From: Gammaproteobacteria bacterium
Lineage (GTDB): Bacteria > Pseudomonadota > Gammaproteobacteria > Eutrophobiales > Eutrophobiaceae
Length of the DNA stretch: 64,000 nucleotides
NCBI GenBank assembly: GCA_047620145.1
Contig: JBLHKO010000002.1
Span: forward strand, 19,963 to 83,962
Direction of reading: 5' to 3'
This document shows, one piece after another, positions 32,104 through 42,473 of this stretch (position 1 is its first letter; each line of letters starts with the position of its first letter). Below the pieces are notes generated by a model. It ran no database searches. It worked only from the letters and a program-made list of their open reading frames with translations, and was not told the origin of the DNA. The position numbers were made by a program, and so were the translations under genes.

Positions 32104-33276
32104 ATGGACTTGCAGGCAGATGAATTCAGGGGCGCGCTGGATGCAAAGCTTAAAGCGCGCAAAGAAGATAATCTTTTTAGAAATCGACAAACAATTGATT
32201 CTCGCCAAGGGGCGGCGGTTAAGATCAAGGGCCGCTGCTTGATTAATTTTTGTAGCAACGATTACCTGGGCCTATCCAACCATCCTGAGATCGTGTCAGC
32301 GTTCAAGGCGGGAGCCGACGAGTATGGCGTCGGTAGTAGCGCTTCGCCGATGGTGTCTGGTCGATTTGATATACACCAACAGCTAGAGGAGAAGCTCGCC
32401 AAAAAAACAGGACGTGAGGCCGCCTTGATATTTCCCAGTGGATACATGGCGAACCTGGCCGTCGCGACTAGTTTCGCAGGAAGATCAGACGCTGTTTTTC
32501 TCGATCGGTTGGCACATGCCTCGCTTGTTGATGCTGCACGTTTGTCAGCTGCCAAACTGCACAGATATAAGCACGTCGATACTGCGGCTTTGAGCTTAGC
32601 CCTTGAAAAATCAACAGCAAAAACAAAGTTAGTGTTAACTGACACAGTGTTTAGCATGGACGGTGACATAGCGCCGGTAAGGAAAATTGCCGAGGTTTGT
32701 AAGCAAAACCACGCAGTGCTGGTTGTTGATGATGCTCATGGGTTTGGTGTGCTCGGGAAAATGGGCGGAGGCCTGTTAGAAGAAGATAATATCCAACCAG
32801 ATCAGGCCCCTGTGCTTGTTGCAACATTTGGTAAGGCGCTTGGAACAGCCGGTGCATTTGTTGCGGCTGATAAATTAATAATTGAAACGCTTGTGCAGTT
32901 TGGCAGAAGCTACATTTACACGACGGCACAGCCTCCCGCGCTTGCTAGCGCAACGCTTGCCGCTCTTGAAGTACTTGAAAAAGAACCGTGGCGAAGACAA
33001 AAACTACATGAATTAGTGAAACGATTTAAGCTGGGAGCAGAGGCCCTGGGCCTGGATCTTTTGCCGTCAGATACAGCAATTCAACCCTTGTCTATTGGCA
33101 GCTCTGAAAACGCAATACGCATTAGTGAAAATTTACGCAAGGCAGGTTTTTTGATTTCTGCCATCAGGCCGCCCACGGTGCCTGAAGGGACTGCGCGATT
33201 ACGCATTACATTAACGGCCGCACATACTGAAGACCAGATAGATCGCTTGCTGGATTCGTTGGGAAGAGCGTTATGA
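32104..33276 (+). CDS. bioF: 8-amino-7-oxononanoate synthase
   Basis: A 390-aa PLP-dependent acyltransferase of the BioF/Kbl class. It sits between bioB and bioC. Confidence 0.85.
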   Translation: MDLQADEFRGALDAKLKARKEDNLFRNRQTIDSRQGAAVKIKGRCLINFCSNDYLGLSNHPEIVSAFKAGADEYGVGSSASPMVSGRFDIHQQLEEKLAKKTGREAALIFPSGYMANLAVATSFAGRSDAVFLDRLAHASLVDAARLSAAKLHRYKHVDTAALSLALEKSTAKTKLVLTDTVFSMDGDIAPVRKIAEVCKQNHAVLVVDDAHGFGVLGKMGGGLLEEDNIQPDQAPVLVATFGKALGTAGAFVAADKLIIETLVQFGRSYIYTTAQPPALASATLAALEVLEKEPWRRQKLHELVKRFKLGAEALGLDLLPSDTAIQPLSIGSSENAIRISENLRKAGFLISAIRPPTVPEGTARLRITLTAAHTEDQIDRLLDSLGRAL

Positions 33277-34148
33277 CGGTCGATAAAATAAAAGTAGCTG
33301 CGAGCTTTGGCCGCTCCGCAAAGGGCTATGAAGAACACGCGGTGTTGCAAAGAACCGTTGCGGAACGTCTTCTGGAAAGGTTGCCGCTGGTAAACATTCA
33401 GCCCAAGGTTATTGTTGATGCTGGTTCGGGACCGGGAGGTTCTGCTAGGCAGTTGAGGAAAATGTATAAGGCCGCACAAATTCTGCAGCTTGATTTGTCA
33501 TATGAGATGCTAAGCCGATCCAGGTCGATGGAGCCGAGGTTTTTTTCAAAACAACAATTTGTTTGTGGCGATGTCGAAAAATTACCACTTCGAGAGAGTA
33601 CCGTGGAGTTGTTTTTCTCTAGCCTGATGTTGCAATGGTGTAACGATCTTGATGAGACCTTCACCCAGATTAAAGGCGCGCTCAGTAAGGGCGGTTTATT
33701 TCTGTTTGCAACTCTTGGTCCTGACACCTTGAAGGAACTACGTTCGAGTTGGGCCGAAGTAGATGACGACGTGCACGTGAATACCTTTATTGATATGCAT
33801 GACGTTGGTGATGCCTTGGTTCGCGCCGGTTTTGTTGAGCCGGTAATGGATACAGAACATATCACGATGACCTATGAAAACTGCATCTCGCTAATGAAAG
33901 ACTTAAAGTCGCTGGGGGCTACCAATTCAAACGTTGAAAGATCTCGAGGGCTTACAGGGCAAAACAAAATAAAAAAAATGGTCTCAGCCTATGAGAACTT
34001 CCGGACTGAGGGGCGCTTACCGCTTAGCTACGAGATAGTTTACGGCCATGCATGGACGCCCACGCATGATTACGCGTCAGATTCTGCACTTGGGGATCAG
34101 GGTAATGTGGCCTATTTTCCTGTTTCTTCGCTCAAGATTAGGCGCTAA
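33273..34148 (+). CDS. bioC: Malonyl-ACP O-methyltransferase
   Basis: It has a SAM-dependent methyltransferase motif (VVDAGSGPGG). It overlaps bioF by an ATGA junction and lies between bioF and bioD. Confidence 0.8.
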   Translation: MTVDKIKVAASFGRSAKGYEEHAVLQRTVAERLLERLPLVNIQPKVIVDAGSGPGGSARQLRKMYKAAQILQLDLSYEMLSRSRSMEPRFFSKQQFVCGDVEKLPLRESTVELFFSSLMLQWCNDLDETFTQIKGALSKGGLFLFATLGPDTLKELRSSWAEVDDDVHVNTFIDMHDVGDALVRAGFVEPVMDTEHITMTYENCISLMKDLKSLGATNSNVERSRGLTGQNKIKKMVSAYENFRTEGRLPLSYEIVYGHAWTPTHDYASDSALGDQGNVAYFPVSSLKIRR

Positions 34149-34150
34149 GG

Positions 34151-34855
34151 GTGTCCGCTTATTTTATTACGGGGACAGACACGGGTGTGGGCAAAACCTG
34201 GGCAACGTTGGCGCTGATAAAGGCGCTGCAAAACAGTGGTGAAGTTGTTGTCGGCATGAAGCCTATTGCTAGTGGATGTACGAAAACAGTCGCAGGCCTA
34301 CGCAATGATGATGCTGTTAAAATCTTGGAGCTTACGAACAAGAAGCGCTCACCATCGCTAGAATATAAAACGATTAATTCATATGCATTTGAGCCTGCGG
34401 TAGCGCCGCATATTGCGGCAGACTGGTCTGGCGAAAAAATTGATATCGAGAAAATAGCTGATGATTTTAATTTTCTGCATAAGGAGGCCGACAGCGTGCT
34501 TGTCGAGGGGGTTGGGGGCTGGAGTGTGCCCTTGGGCGGCAATGAGATGTTGGTAGACATGGTTAGGCGTCTTGATTTGTCGGTGATACTGGTTATTGGT
34601 CTACGTTTAGGGTGTATTAATCATGCCTTATCAACATCTCGAGCAATCCAGAGTGACGGGGTTAAGTTACAAGGTTGGATGACCAGTCAGATTGATCAAG
34701 CCTATGCCGGTGTGGAGGAGACCATGGATACTTTTCACTCTCGAATTAACGCCCCTTATCTGGGAAGCCTGCCCTACATGAAAAAGTTTGATCTAGACTT
34801 TTTAGCCGGTAACATAAATCTGCGCACTCTCAAGACGCTAAATAATATTAAATAG
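34151..34855 (+). CDS. bioD: Dethiobiotin synthetase
   Basis: From a GTG start it begins VSAYFITGTDTGVGKTWATLALIKAL, which matches the BioD P-loop. Confidence 0.85.
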   Translation: MSAYFITGTDTGVGKTWATLALIKALQNSGEVVVGMKPIASGCTKTVAGLRNDDAVKILELTNKKRSPSLEYKTINSYAFEPAVAPHIAADWSGEKIDIEKIADDFNFLHKEADSVLVEGVGGWSVPLGGNEMLVDMVRRLDLSVILVIGLRLGCINHALSTSRAIQSDGVKLQGWMTSQIDQAYAGVEETMDTFHSRINAPYLGSLPYMKKFDLDFLAGNINLRTLKTLNNIK

Positions 34856-35044
34856 ACGCATAAATTTATTACAAAACTTGCAAAAAGACACCAAAATAGG
34901 GCATATTGTCGCACTAGGTACTAGTTGTTGAGTGCGTAACCACTGAAGCATAAGAATAATTATTGGATTGAGGGAGACAAGTGGTCTACGAGAGAAGAGT
35001 TGCGAATAATCTTAGGCTGGAAACATTAAAATAAAAGCGCGCGC

Positions 35045-35072
35045 GCAAAGGGCATCGCCTTTGGTTTTATCT
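35045..35072 (+). terminator. Possible rho-independent terminator (caaagggcatcgcctttggtttt) in the long bioD-coxB spacer
   Basis: A 6-bp stem (caaagg/cctttg) with a 6-nt loop is followed by gttttat. Confidence 0.25.
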
Positions 35073-35276
35073 GTATTAGCAATAGGCTCTTTACTTAATG
35101 ATCGCAGTAACTGTCCATTTATGAATTCTCTAAAGCAAACACTATAGGCAAAGGGTTGCTTGTATTCATGTTTTTGAGTTGTTGGGTTTGGGCAGAACAG
35201 TTGTATCGGTTCAGAGGCTGAAGTAACAGGGTTAGAAATTTAAATTTTTCGATTACATTTTGTTGAGGAACGCTGC

Positions 35277-36419
35277 ATGTTTGTTAAATATCTGAGAAAC
35301 ATTATGAGGGGTGCGGTTCCGGCGGCGGCGCTGCTGTGGTCAACGGTTACCAATGCTGATTGGACGCTTAATCTAAGAGAAGGCGTCACTCCAATTAGTC
35401 ATGAGATCTATGACCTGCATATGCTCATCCTTTATATCGTCACCGTTATCGGGATCCTGGTGTTTGGCGTCATGGCCTGGTCCATTTTCCACCATAGAAA
35501 GTCCAGAGGGGCGGTCGCCGCAAATTTTCACCACAGCACGGCAGCTGAAATTGCTTGGACGATTATTCCAATTCTGATTTTGGTGGTGATTGCCGTTCCT
35601 GCGACCAAGACACTGGTGTTCATGGAGCAAACAGGTGATGCAGATATCACCTTGAAAGTCACCGGTTATCAATGGAAATGGAAGTATGATTATATTGAAG
35701 ATGACTTAAGTTTCTTCAGCTCTCTAGATAAGAAGAGTAATGAAGCCCGCGTGTTAGATTCTGGTATTGATCCTGCCACTGTTGAAAACTACTTATTAGA
35801 GGTAGATAAACCGATTGTTTTGCCGGTGGATACCAAGATACGCATTTTGACTACAGCGAATGATGTTATTCACGCTTGGTGGGTACCTGACTTGGGCTGG
35901 AAGCGCGACGCTGTCCCAGGCTATATCAATGATAACTGGGCGATCATTGAAGAGGAAGGGACCTATCGAGGCCAATGTGCCGAGTTATGCGGCAAAGACC
36001 ATGGGTTTATGCCGATTGTTTTGAAGGCAGTTTCGAAAGAGGCTTACCGTACCTGGATAGCTGATACTAAACAGGCGCAAATCGACGAGCTTAATAACTC
36101 AGACAGAGAATGGGCAAAGGACGAGCTGATGACCAAGGGCGAAGAGGTCTATAACGCTGCTTGTGCTGCTTGCCACATGGCTAATGGTCAAGGCATACCT
36201 GGCGCTTTCCCGGCGCTAGATGGCAGTGCATTAGCGACAGGCCCAGTGGCAGATCATATGAGCATCGTCCTTAAGGGGAAAGCGGGTTCCGCGATGCAAG
36301 CCTTTGGCAAACAGTTAAGCGATGCTGAGCTTGCGGCAGTAATTACTTATGAGCGTAATGCATGGACTAATGCGGTGGGCGATATCGTTCAACCTGCTGA
36401 CATCAAAGCCGCGCGTTAG
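35277..36419 (+). CDS. coxB: Cytochrome c oxidase subunit II with a fused C-terminal cytochrome c domain
   Basis: The CuA region reads HAWWVPDLGWKRDAVPGYINDNW...CAELCGKDHGFMP. The C-terminal haem-binding site is CAACHMANGQG. Confidence 0.9.
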   Translation: MFVKYLRNIMRGAVPAAALLWSTVTNADWTLNLREGVTPISHEIYDLHMLILYIVTVIGILVFGVMAWSIFHHRKSRGAVAANFHHSTAAEIAWTIIPILILVVIAVPATKTLVFMEQTGDADITLKVTGYQWKWKYDYIEDDLSFFSSLDKKSNEARVLDSGIDPATVENYLLEVDKPIVLPVDTKIRILTTANDVIHAWWVPDLGWKRDAVPGYINDNWAIIEEEGTYRGQCAELCGKDHGFMPIVLKAVSKEAYRTWIADTKQAQIDELNNSDREWAKDELMTKGEEVYNAACAACHMANGQGIPGAFPALDGSALATGPVADHMSIVLKGKAGSAMQAFGKQLSDAELAAVITYERNAWTNAVGDIVQPADIKAAR

Positions 36420-36481
36420 GCAAAAATATTCATTTAAAAATTTAAGTTAACAGTTAAACAAAAGATTAAGAGGTTAGAGAC

Positions 36482-38077
36482 ATGAGCTACGGAGCTGTCC
36501 ACGACGACGATCATCACGATCACAAGCCAACGGGTATAGGCCGTTGGTTGTTTTCAACAAATCACAAAGACATTGGCACTATGTACCTGGTGTTTGCCTT
36601 GATTATGTTTTTTATTGGTGGTGCCATGGCCATGGTTATCCGCGCGGAACTTTTTCAGCCGGGATTACAATTTGTTAATCCTGATTTTTTTAATCAAATG
36701 ACCACCATGCATGCCCTAATCATGATCTTTGGCGCCGTGATGCCAGCAGGGGTTGGTCTTGCTAACTGGTTAATACCAATGATGATTGGTGCGCCGGATA
36801 TGGCCTTGCCCCGCATGAATAATATGAGTTTCTGGATATTGCCATTTGCATTTGCTATGTTGTTGTCTACTCTGTTTATGGATGGTGGTGCACCGGCCGG
36901 TGGTTGGACGATGTATCCGCCATTGGTCTTGCAGTTGGGCAACGGCTTTCCGTTTCTTATTTTTACTGTTCATTTTCTCGGCCTCTCATCCATCATGGGC
37001 GCGATAAACATTATTGCCACCGTGTTTAATATGCGCGCTCCGGGCATGACCTTCATGAGACTGCCTCTGTTTGTCTGGACCTGGATTATCACTGCGTTTC
37101 TACTGATTGCTGCTATGCCTGTTTTTGCAGGCGCGGTGACGATGCTATTAACAGACAAATTCTTTGCTACCAGTTTTTTTAGTGCTGCAGGCGGTGGCGA
37201 TCCAGTGATGTTCCAGCATATCTTCTGGTTCTTCGGTCATCCTGAAGTTTATATTCTGATCTTGCCTGCTTTCGGTATTGTCTCGCAGATATTACCAACC
37301 TTTGCGCGCAAGCCATTGTTTGGTTATGCCTCGATGGTTTATGCAACAGCCGCTATCGCGTTCTTGTCTTTCTTTGTTTGGGCACACCATATGTTTACCG
37401 TTGGCATGCCTTTGGCCGGCGAGCTTTACTTTATGTATGCAACGATGTCGATTGCTGTGCCAACTGGCGTAAAAATATTTAACTGGGTAGCAACCATGTG
37501 GAAAGGCTCAATGACCTTCGAGACGCCTATGTTGTTCTCACTGGCCTTCATCGTTTTATTCACCATCGGTGGTTTTACCGGTTTAATGATGGGCGTAACT
37601 CCGGTTGATTTTCAATACCACGATACTTACTTTATCGTTGCTCATTTTCATTATGTGCTAGTGCCGGGCGCAGTTTTTGCCTTGATGGCCGCAGCCTATT
37701 ACTGGTTACCAAAATGGACAGGACATATGTACAACGAATGCTTGGGCAAATGGCATTTCTGGTTGTCCGCTATCTCTGTCAACGTCTTGTTTTTCCCGCA
37801 ACACTTTTTAGGTTTGGCGGGTATGCCTCGTCGTATTCCAGACTATAACGTTCAGTTCGCTGATTGGAACATGGTCTCTAGTTTGGGCGGTTTTGCATTT
37901 GGTTTATCACAATTACTGTTTGTCTATATCGTCGTTCAGTGTATTCGTGGTGGCGAAAAAGCGACGGATCAAGTATGGGAAAGTGCTCATGGTCTGGAGT
38001 GGACACTGTCTTCTCCTCCTCCTTTCCACTCATTTACGATTCCGCCTCAAGTGACGGAAGACACGGCCCATTCTTAA
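36482..38077 (+). CDS. coxA: Cytochrome c oxidase subunit I
   Basis: A 531-aa ORF with the classic 12-TM haem-copper oxidase pattern, including WFFGHPEVYILILPAFGI and HHMFTVG. Confidence 0.95.
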   Translation: MSYGAVHDDDHHDHKPTGIGRWLFSTNHKDIGTMYLVFALIMFFIGGAMAMVIRAELFQPGLQFVNPDFFNQMTTMHALIMIFGAVMPAGVGLANWLIPMMIGAPDMALPRMNNMSFWILPFAFAMLLSTLFMDGGAPAGGWTMYPPLVLQLGNGFPFLIFTVHFLGLSSIMGAINIIATVFNMRAPGMTFMRLPLFVWTWIITAFLLIAAMPVFAGAVTMLLTDKFFATSFFSAAGGGDPVMFQHIFWFFGHPEVYILILPAFGIVSQILPTFARKPLFGYASMVYATAAIAFLSFFVWAHHMFTVGMPLAGELYFMYATMSIAVPTGVKIFNWVATMWKGSMTFETPMLFSLAFIVLFTIGGFTGLMMGVTPVDFQYHDTYFIVAHFHYVLVPGAVFALMAAAYYWLPKWTGHMYNECLGKWHFWLSAISVNVLFFPQHFLGLAGMPRRIPDYNVQFADWNMVSSLGGFAFGLSQLLFVYIVVQCIRGGEKATDQVWESAHGLEWTLSSPPPFHSFTIPPQVTEDTAHS

Positions 38078-38099
38078 GCTGGATCAGGTCAGGTAAACG

Positions 38100-38225
38100 A
38101 TGGCAGAGAAAGAGAACGATGATGTAACGGCATCAAGGAATGCCGCAAATATAAAGCTGGCTTTATTCCTGGGCGTTGTTGCCTTCGGAATTTATCTAGG
38201 GTTTATTTGGTATTACGTCGGGTGA
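38100..38225 (+). CDS. Small (41-aa) single-TM protein between coxA and ctaG. Not in the ORF track
   Basis: Hand translation gives MAEKENDDVTASRNAANIKLALFLGVVAFGIYLGFIWYYVG*. Small membrane proteins are common at this position in cox operons. Confidence 0.3.
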   Translation: MAEKENDDVTASRNAANIKLALFLGVVAFGIYLGFIWYYVG

Positions 38226-38791
38226 ATAGTGAATACATAAGCGTTAAATTGGCCGTTTTTGCATTAGCTATGTTTGGCTTTGGCTATGCCTTGGTACCGC
38301 TTTACGATGTGATTTGTGATATTACCGGGTTGAACGGAAAAACTGGAGAAATTACTAGCGAAGCAGTCAGTAAGCTGATTGTTGATTATGATCGTACGGT
38401 TACGGTGCAGTTTGATACGAATGTTAACAGTGAGTTGCCGTGGCAGTTTCAAGCAGTCAATAAAACACTGGTGGTTCATCCCGGCGAAGTTACGGAAGCA
38501 GTATTTATCGTAGAAAATATTTCTTCGGCAGACGTAATCGGGCAGGCCATTCCGAGCGTGACACCGTCTCGGGCTTCGTTATATTTTAACAAGTCTGAAT
38601 GTTTTTGTTTCACCCAGCAAACATTGGCTGCTCATGAGCGAAAAGAAATGGTCGTTCGTTTTGTGGTGGAGGCAGATTTGCCGGAAAATATTTCGACACT
38701 AACATTGTCATATACTTTTTTTGTTGCGCCGGAATCTACAGGAGCTGTTTCACAGACGCCAGTGGTGATCGCGGCGGAAGCCAGAATCTAG
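38207..38791 (+). CDS. ctaG: Cytochrome c oxidase assembly protein CtaG/Cox11
   Basis: It shows the Cox11 pattern (FGYALVPLYDVICDITGLNG...CFCF). It starts at TTG 38207 or, alternatively, GTG 38222. Confidence 0.85.
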   Translation: MVLRRVNSEYISVKLAVFALAMFGFGYALVPLYDVICDITGLNGKTGEITSEAVSKLIVDYDRTVTVQFDTNVNSELPWQFQAVNKTLVVHPGEVTEAVFIVENISSADVIGQAIPSVTPSRASLYFNKSECFCFTQQTLAAHERKEMVVRFVVEADLPENISTLTLSYTFFVAPESTGAVSQTPVVIAAEARI

Positions 38792-38845
38792 TTTTTTTGA
38801 AAATTTAAAATTAAGCATTAGATAATATAACGAGGAATAGAAGTC

Positions 38846-39727
38846 ATGTCTGATTCGAATAGCGCTTACTTTATACCTGAACCAAGCCGTTGGCCGTTAG
38901 TAGGCTCTATGGCTTTATTTTTAACATTCGTCGGTGCGTCTATTATGTTGAATGGCTCGGGATTTGGTACCTTTATCTTTGGTCTCGGCACAGCAGCTAT
39001 TGTTTATATGTTTGCAGGTTGGTTTGCAGAAGTGATCGGCGAGAGTATGCATGGTAAATACAATAAGCAGGTAGATATCAGTTTTCGCTGGGGAATGAGC
39101 TGGTTTATCTTCTCCGAGGTTATGTTTTTTGCGGCATTTTTTGGCGCTTTGTTTTATGCGCGCGAGTTATCTTTGCCTTGGCTGTCTGGTGAAGGCGCTA
39201 AAATGGCAACGCATATGTTTCTATGGCCCGACTTTGAGCTGGATTGGCCTATATTGTCAATTCCAGATGAGAATGCTTTTACCGATTCTTTGTTTTATGA
39301 AGTGATCCCTGCATGGGGCATACCTGCTCTGAATACGGCGATATTGTTGACCAGTGGCGCGACCGTCACCTTTGCACATTGGGCCTTGAAGAAAAACAAT
39401 AACAAAGCACTTTGCTGGTGGCTGCTTGCAACGGTGTTGCTTGGTTTCACCTTTGTCTATTTTCAAGCATACGAATACCATCATGCCTATTCTGAGTTAA
39501 ATTTGAAATTTAGTTCAGGAATTTATGGGTCGACCTTTTATATGCTAACAGGTTTTCATGGGTTTCATGTGACCATGGGCGCGACCATGTTACTGGTTAT
39601 CTTGATTCGCTCAATGAAGGGTCATTTTAATGATCACAATCATTTCGCTTTTGAGGCGGTTGCCTGGTATTGGCATTTTGTTGATGTGGTTTGGTTAGGC
39701 TTGTTTGTTTTTGTTTACTGGTTGTAA
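38846..39727 (+). CDS. coxC: Cytochrome c oxidase subunit III
   Basis: A 293-aa 7-TM protein containing GFHGFHVTMGATMLLV. Confidence 0.9.
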   Translation: MSDSNSAYFIPEPSRWPLVGSMALFLTFVGASIMLNGSGFGTFIFGLGTAAIVYMFAGWFAEVIGESMHGKYNKQVDISFRWGMSWFIFSEVMFFAAFFGALFYARELSLPWLSGEGAKMATHMFLWPDFELDWPILSIPDENAFTDSLFYEVIPAWGIPALNTAILLTSGATVTFAHWALKKNNNKALCWWLLATVLLGFTFVYFQAYEYHHAYSELNLKFSSGIYGSTFYMLTGFHGFHVTMGATMLLVILIRSMKGHFNDHNHFAFEAVAWYWHFVDVVWLGLFVFVYWL

Positions 39728-39767
39728 ACTAGAAAACAAATTCAATTAATTAAGCGAGAGGCGCTAC

Positions 39768-40034
39768 TTAATGTAGCGCCTTTTCTGTTTTAGATGGCTC
39801 AGGTTCAGGCATGCCAGAGCTAATGCCGTGGGGCTGTATCAAGCCCATGAAATAACCGACGAACAGCATTAGAAACAGAGCGATAGACAAAGCAACTCTT
39901 ATGGTGAGTGATTTTACAGTGCGATCTGTCTCGCCCTTGTCATTAACCAGGAAAAACATGCCTGATGTAAGACTGACAATTATCGCCAGTAGCAAGAGTA
40001 CGATAATAATTTTATAAACGAGAACGCCAGACAT
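39768..40034 (-). CDS. Small two-helix membrane protein (twin-TM/DUF2909-like) of the kind often linked to cox operons
   Basis: An 88-aa ORF with two hydrophobic helices. Confidence 0.4.
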   Translation of the reverse strand: MSGVLVYKIIIVLLLLAIIVSLTSGMFFLVNDKGETDRTVKSLTIRVALSIALFLMLFVGYFMGLIQPHGISSGMPEPEPSKTEKALH

Positions 40035-40126
40035 TGCCTAGTAATAACATTTGTTTGTGAAGCATGAGTATACTCTCGATAATGTTTCACTTCATATCGC
40101 AATATCACCAAGGGTTTCTACGTTAA

Positions 40127-40861
40127 ATGCGCATTATTTTTTGGGATTTTAATCCGAGTCTTTGGCCGACGCTGGCGACGCTATTGATATTGCCAATGTT
40201 TCTGTCTCTGGGGTTCTGGCAATTAGACAGGGCGGAACTAAAGCGTGTATTACACAAAGACTTTGAAGGTCGTCAAAGCGCACCAGTTTTAGATTTAAAC
40301 GAAGAAATAAATGTTAAGAATGGATTAGAAGAGCTACTTTGGCACAAAGTGACTATTAAGGGCGAGTTCTCCAGAGACGCTAACATATTGTTGGACAACC
40401 AAGTGATCAACGGGAAAGCTGGTTATTTTGTTTACACCCCGTTCAAATTCAAGAATGAGGGGTTCTGGATATTGGTAAATCGAGGCTGGTTGCCTGCGGG
40501 AGCAAGTCGAGACGATCCTCCTGGGTTAATTGCTGAAGAAGGAGTTCTAAAGATTGTCGGTAGCATTAAATTACCGCCCAGCACAGGGATGTTGTTGGCT
40601 GAGAATCTTGCAGAGCAGCTTGGCGATGGAACGATTCGGGTACAGAAACTGGAGTTTGTTGCCATTGAAAAAGCATTAAAAATTGAGTTGTTGCCTAACG
40701 TGGTAAGGTTGGAGCCTGAGTCGGCGGGCGGATTTACAAGACATTGGAAAGCTCCTGGGTCGGGTGAAGAAAAACATTTGGGCTACGCCTTCCAGTGGTT
40801 TGCGATGGCAGGCGCAATATTTATTATTTATTTGATTCTTAACTTTAAACGGACGAAATAG
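40127..40861 (+). CDS. SURF1 family cytochrome oxidase assembly protein
   Basis: It has N- and C-terminal TM helices around a periplasmic domain (WILVNRGWLP, GYAFQWFAMAG), which is the SURF1 pattern. Confidence 0.8.
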   Translation: MRIIFWDFNPSLWPTLATLLILPMFLSLGFWQLDRAELKRVLHKDFEGRQSAPVLDLNEEINVKNGLEELLWHKVTIKGEFSRDANILLDNQVINGKAGYFVYTPFKFKNEGFWILVNRGWLPAGASRDDPPGLIAEEGVLKIVGSIKLPPSTGMLLAENLAEQLGDGTIRVQKLEFVAIEKALKIELLPNVVRLEPESAGGFTRHWKAPGSGEEKHLGYAFQWFAMAGAIFIIYLILNFKRTK

Positions 40862-40867
40862 GTTTTT

Positions 40868-41467
40868 ATGTCAGAACAAATCAACAAAAAGAAAAGTAGC
40901 TTCCCATTAATCATGTTGCTGCTGCTTTTTTTATTACCCGTAACAGCCTCTTGGTATCTGGTTTTCTTTACGGATTATGCGCGAAATGAAGAAGGCGCCG
41001 AACATGGATCTTTAATCAAGCCAGCACGGCAATTAGAGGATGTGCCGTTAATGAGGGTGAGCGAACGTTCGGTAGAGCCGACTTCATTATATGGTGAGTG
41101 GTCGTTGTTGTTTTTTATTGTTGGTGCTTGTGAAGAATCGTGTGCAGAGACTCTTTACCGTATTCGTCAGATTAGGTTGGCAACTGGCAAGGAGATGCAT
41201 CGAATACAACGCGTTGCTATTATCAACGAGGGCGATGGGTCGGTGTTTAGTGATTATTTGAGCAAAAACTTCCCGGGCCAGCATTATGCTCACCAAGATG
41301 ATCTCAGTGAAAATTTTATCAATCAATTTCAGGATCAAAATGTTAATGACAAGATGGCTGTATTTTTGATTGATCCTAGGGGGTTTTTGATGATGCGCTA
41401 CTCAGGAGACGCCGAGCCGTCAGGGATTATTCGAGATTTATCACGCTTGCTTAGAATATCGACCTAA
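40868..41467 (+). CDS. Hypothetical membrane-anchored protein in the cox-biogenesis cluster; contains a CEESC motif
   Basis: A 199-aa ORF with one N-terminal TM helix. I recognise no confident family. It sits between SURF1 and cyoE. Confidence 0.35.
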   Translation: MSEQINKKKSSFPLIMLLLLFLLPVTASWYLVFFTDYARNEEGAEHGSLIKPARQLEDVPLMRVSERSVEPTSLYGEWSLLFFIVGACEESCAETLYRIRQIRLATGKEMHRIQRVAIINEGDGSVFSDYLSKNFPGQHYAHQDDLSENFINQFQDQNVNDKMAVFLIDPRGFLMMRYSGDAEPSGIIRDLSRLLRIST

Positions 41468-41546
41468 GCTCAAGGAAATGGTTGAAAAAGCATTTATAAT
41501 GCCAGTAATTATATTAATTACGTATCAAGATAAAGAGAAAAATTAA

Positions 41547-42464
41547 TTGAACGATCAGACAGCAATTGTTGAACATGGCCCTAAATGGCGCGAGTACTAT
41601 GAATTATGCAAACCCAAGGTGGTGATGCTGATTATATTTACTGCCGTGGTTGGTATGTTGCTTGCAGTGCCTGGAATGTCGTTGCCTTTTGGTAAGGTAA
41701 TTTTTGCGACGATTGGGATCGGTTTAGCTGCTGCCTCGGGTGCAGCGATTAATCAGTTAGTCGAGCGTCGTATAGATGCGGTGATGGCGAGAACCATGAA
41801 CAGGCCTTTGCCACAAGGCGACTTGAACACAAGCAATGCATTTATATTTGCCTTGGTACTGTGTGTTCTCTCAATGACGATATTAATAACTAAAATAAAT
41901 GCGCTTACAGCCCTACTGACATTTATTTCGCTCGTTGGTTATGCCGTTGTGTACACCATGTTCCTTAAGCCGGCTACACCGCAAAATATTGTGCTGGGTG
42001 GCGCAGCAGGCGCAGCACCTCCGCTGCTTGGTTGGACGGCGATGACAGGAGAAGTCAGCTCGGAAGCATTGCTGTTATTCCTGATAATATTTATTTGGAC
42101 GCCGCCACATTTTTGGGCCTTGGCAATTCGCCGACGCGATGAATATGCGAGTGTCGGCATTCCTATGTTACCGGTGACACACGGCGTTGCCTTTACCAAA
42201 CTTCAGATTCTTTTGTATACATTGCTCTTGCTTGCAGTAAGTCTTTTACCGTTTGTCATTCATATGAGTGGCTTGATTTATTTGGCGGGCGCAATCGCGC
42301 TTGGGTTAGGCTTTATCTGGCAAGCATTTGTTTTGTATCGCTCCGACACGGATGATCATGCGATGAAAACATTTGGTTTCTCTATCTTTTATCTGAGCGT
42401 ACTGTTTGGATTCTTGTTACTTGATCACTATGCTCGTATTTTTATACGGCATTTCTTCTTATAG
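41547..42464 (+). CDS. cyoE: Protoheme IX farnesyltransferase (heme O synthase)
   Basis: It follows the UbiA-family pattern with YELCKPKVVMLIIFTAVVGM, NQLVERRIDAVMARTMNRPLPQG and multiple TM helices. Confidence 0.9.
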   Translation: MNDQTAIVEHGPKWREYYELCKPKVVMLIIFTAVVGMLLAVPGMSLPFGKVIFATIGIGLAAASGAAINQLVERRIDAVMARTMNRPLPQGDLNTSNAFIFALVLCVLSMTILITKINALTALLTFISLVGYAVVYTMFLKPATPQNIVLGGAAGAAPPLLGWTAMTGEVSSEALLLFLIIFIWTPPHFWALAIRRRDEYASVGIPMLPVTHGVAFTKLQILLYTLLLLAVSLLPFVIHMSGLIYLAGAIALGLGFIWQAFVLYRSDTDDHAMKTFGFSIFYLSVLFGFLLLDHYARIFIRHFFL

Positions 42465-42473
42465 TATCTTCTG

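Noticed and set aside
33398-33865. 155-aa ORF antisense to bioC
   Set aside because: It is embedded and antisense. bioC on the plus strand has clear methyltransferase motifs.
34856-35276. Possible riboswitch or sRNA in the 420-bp bioD-coxB spacer
   Set aside because: Apart from one terminator-like hairpin at 35045-35072, I recognised no conserved riboswitch core (TPP, cobalamin, SAM, etc.). I have left it as unexplained spacer.
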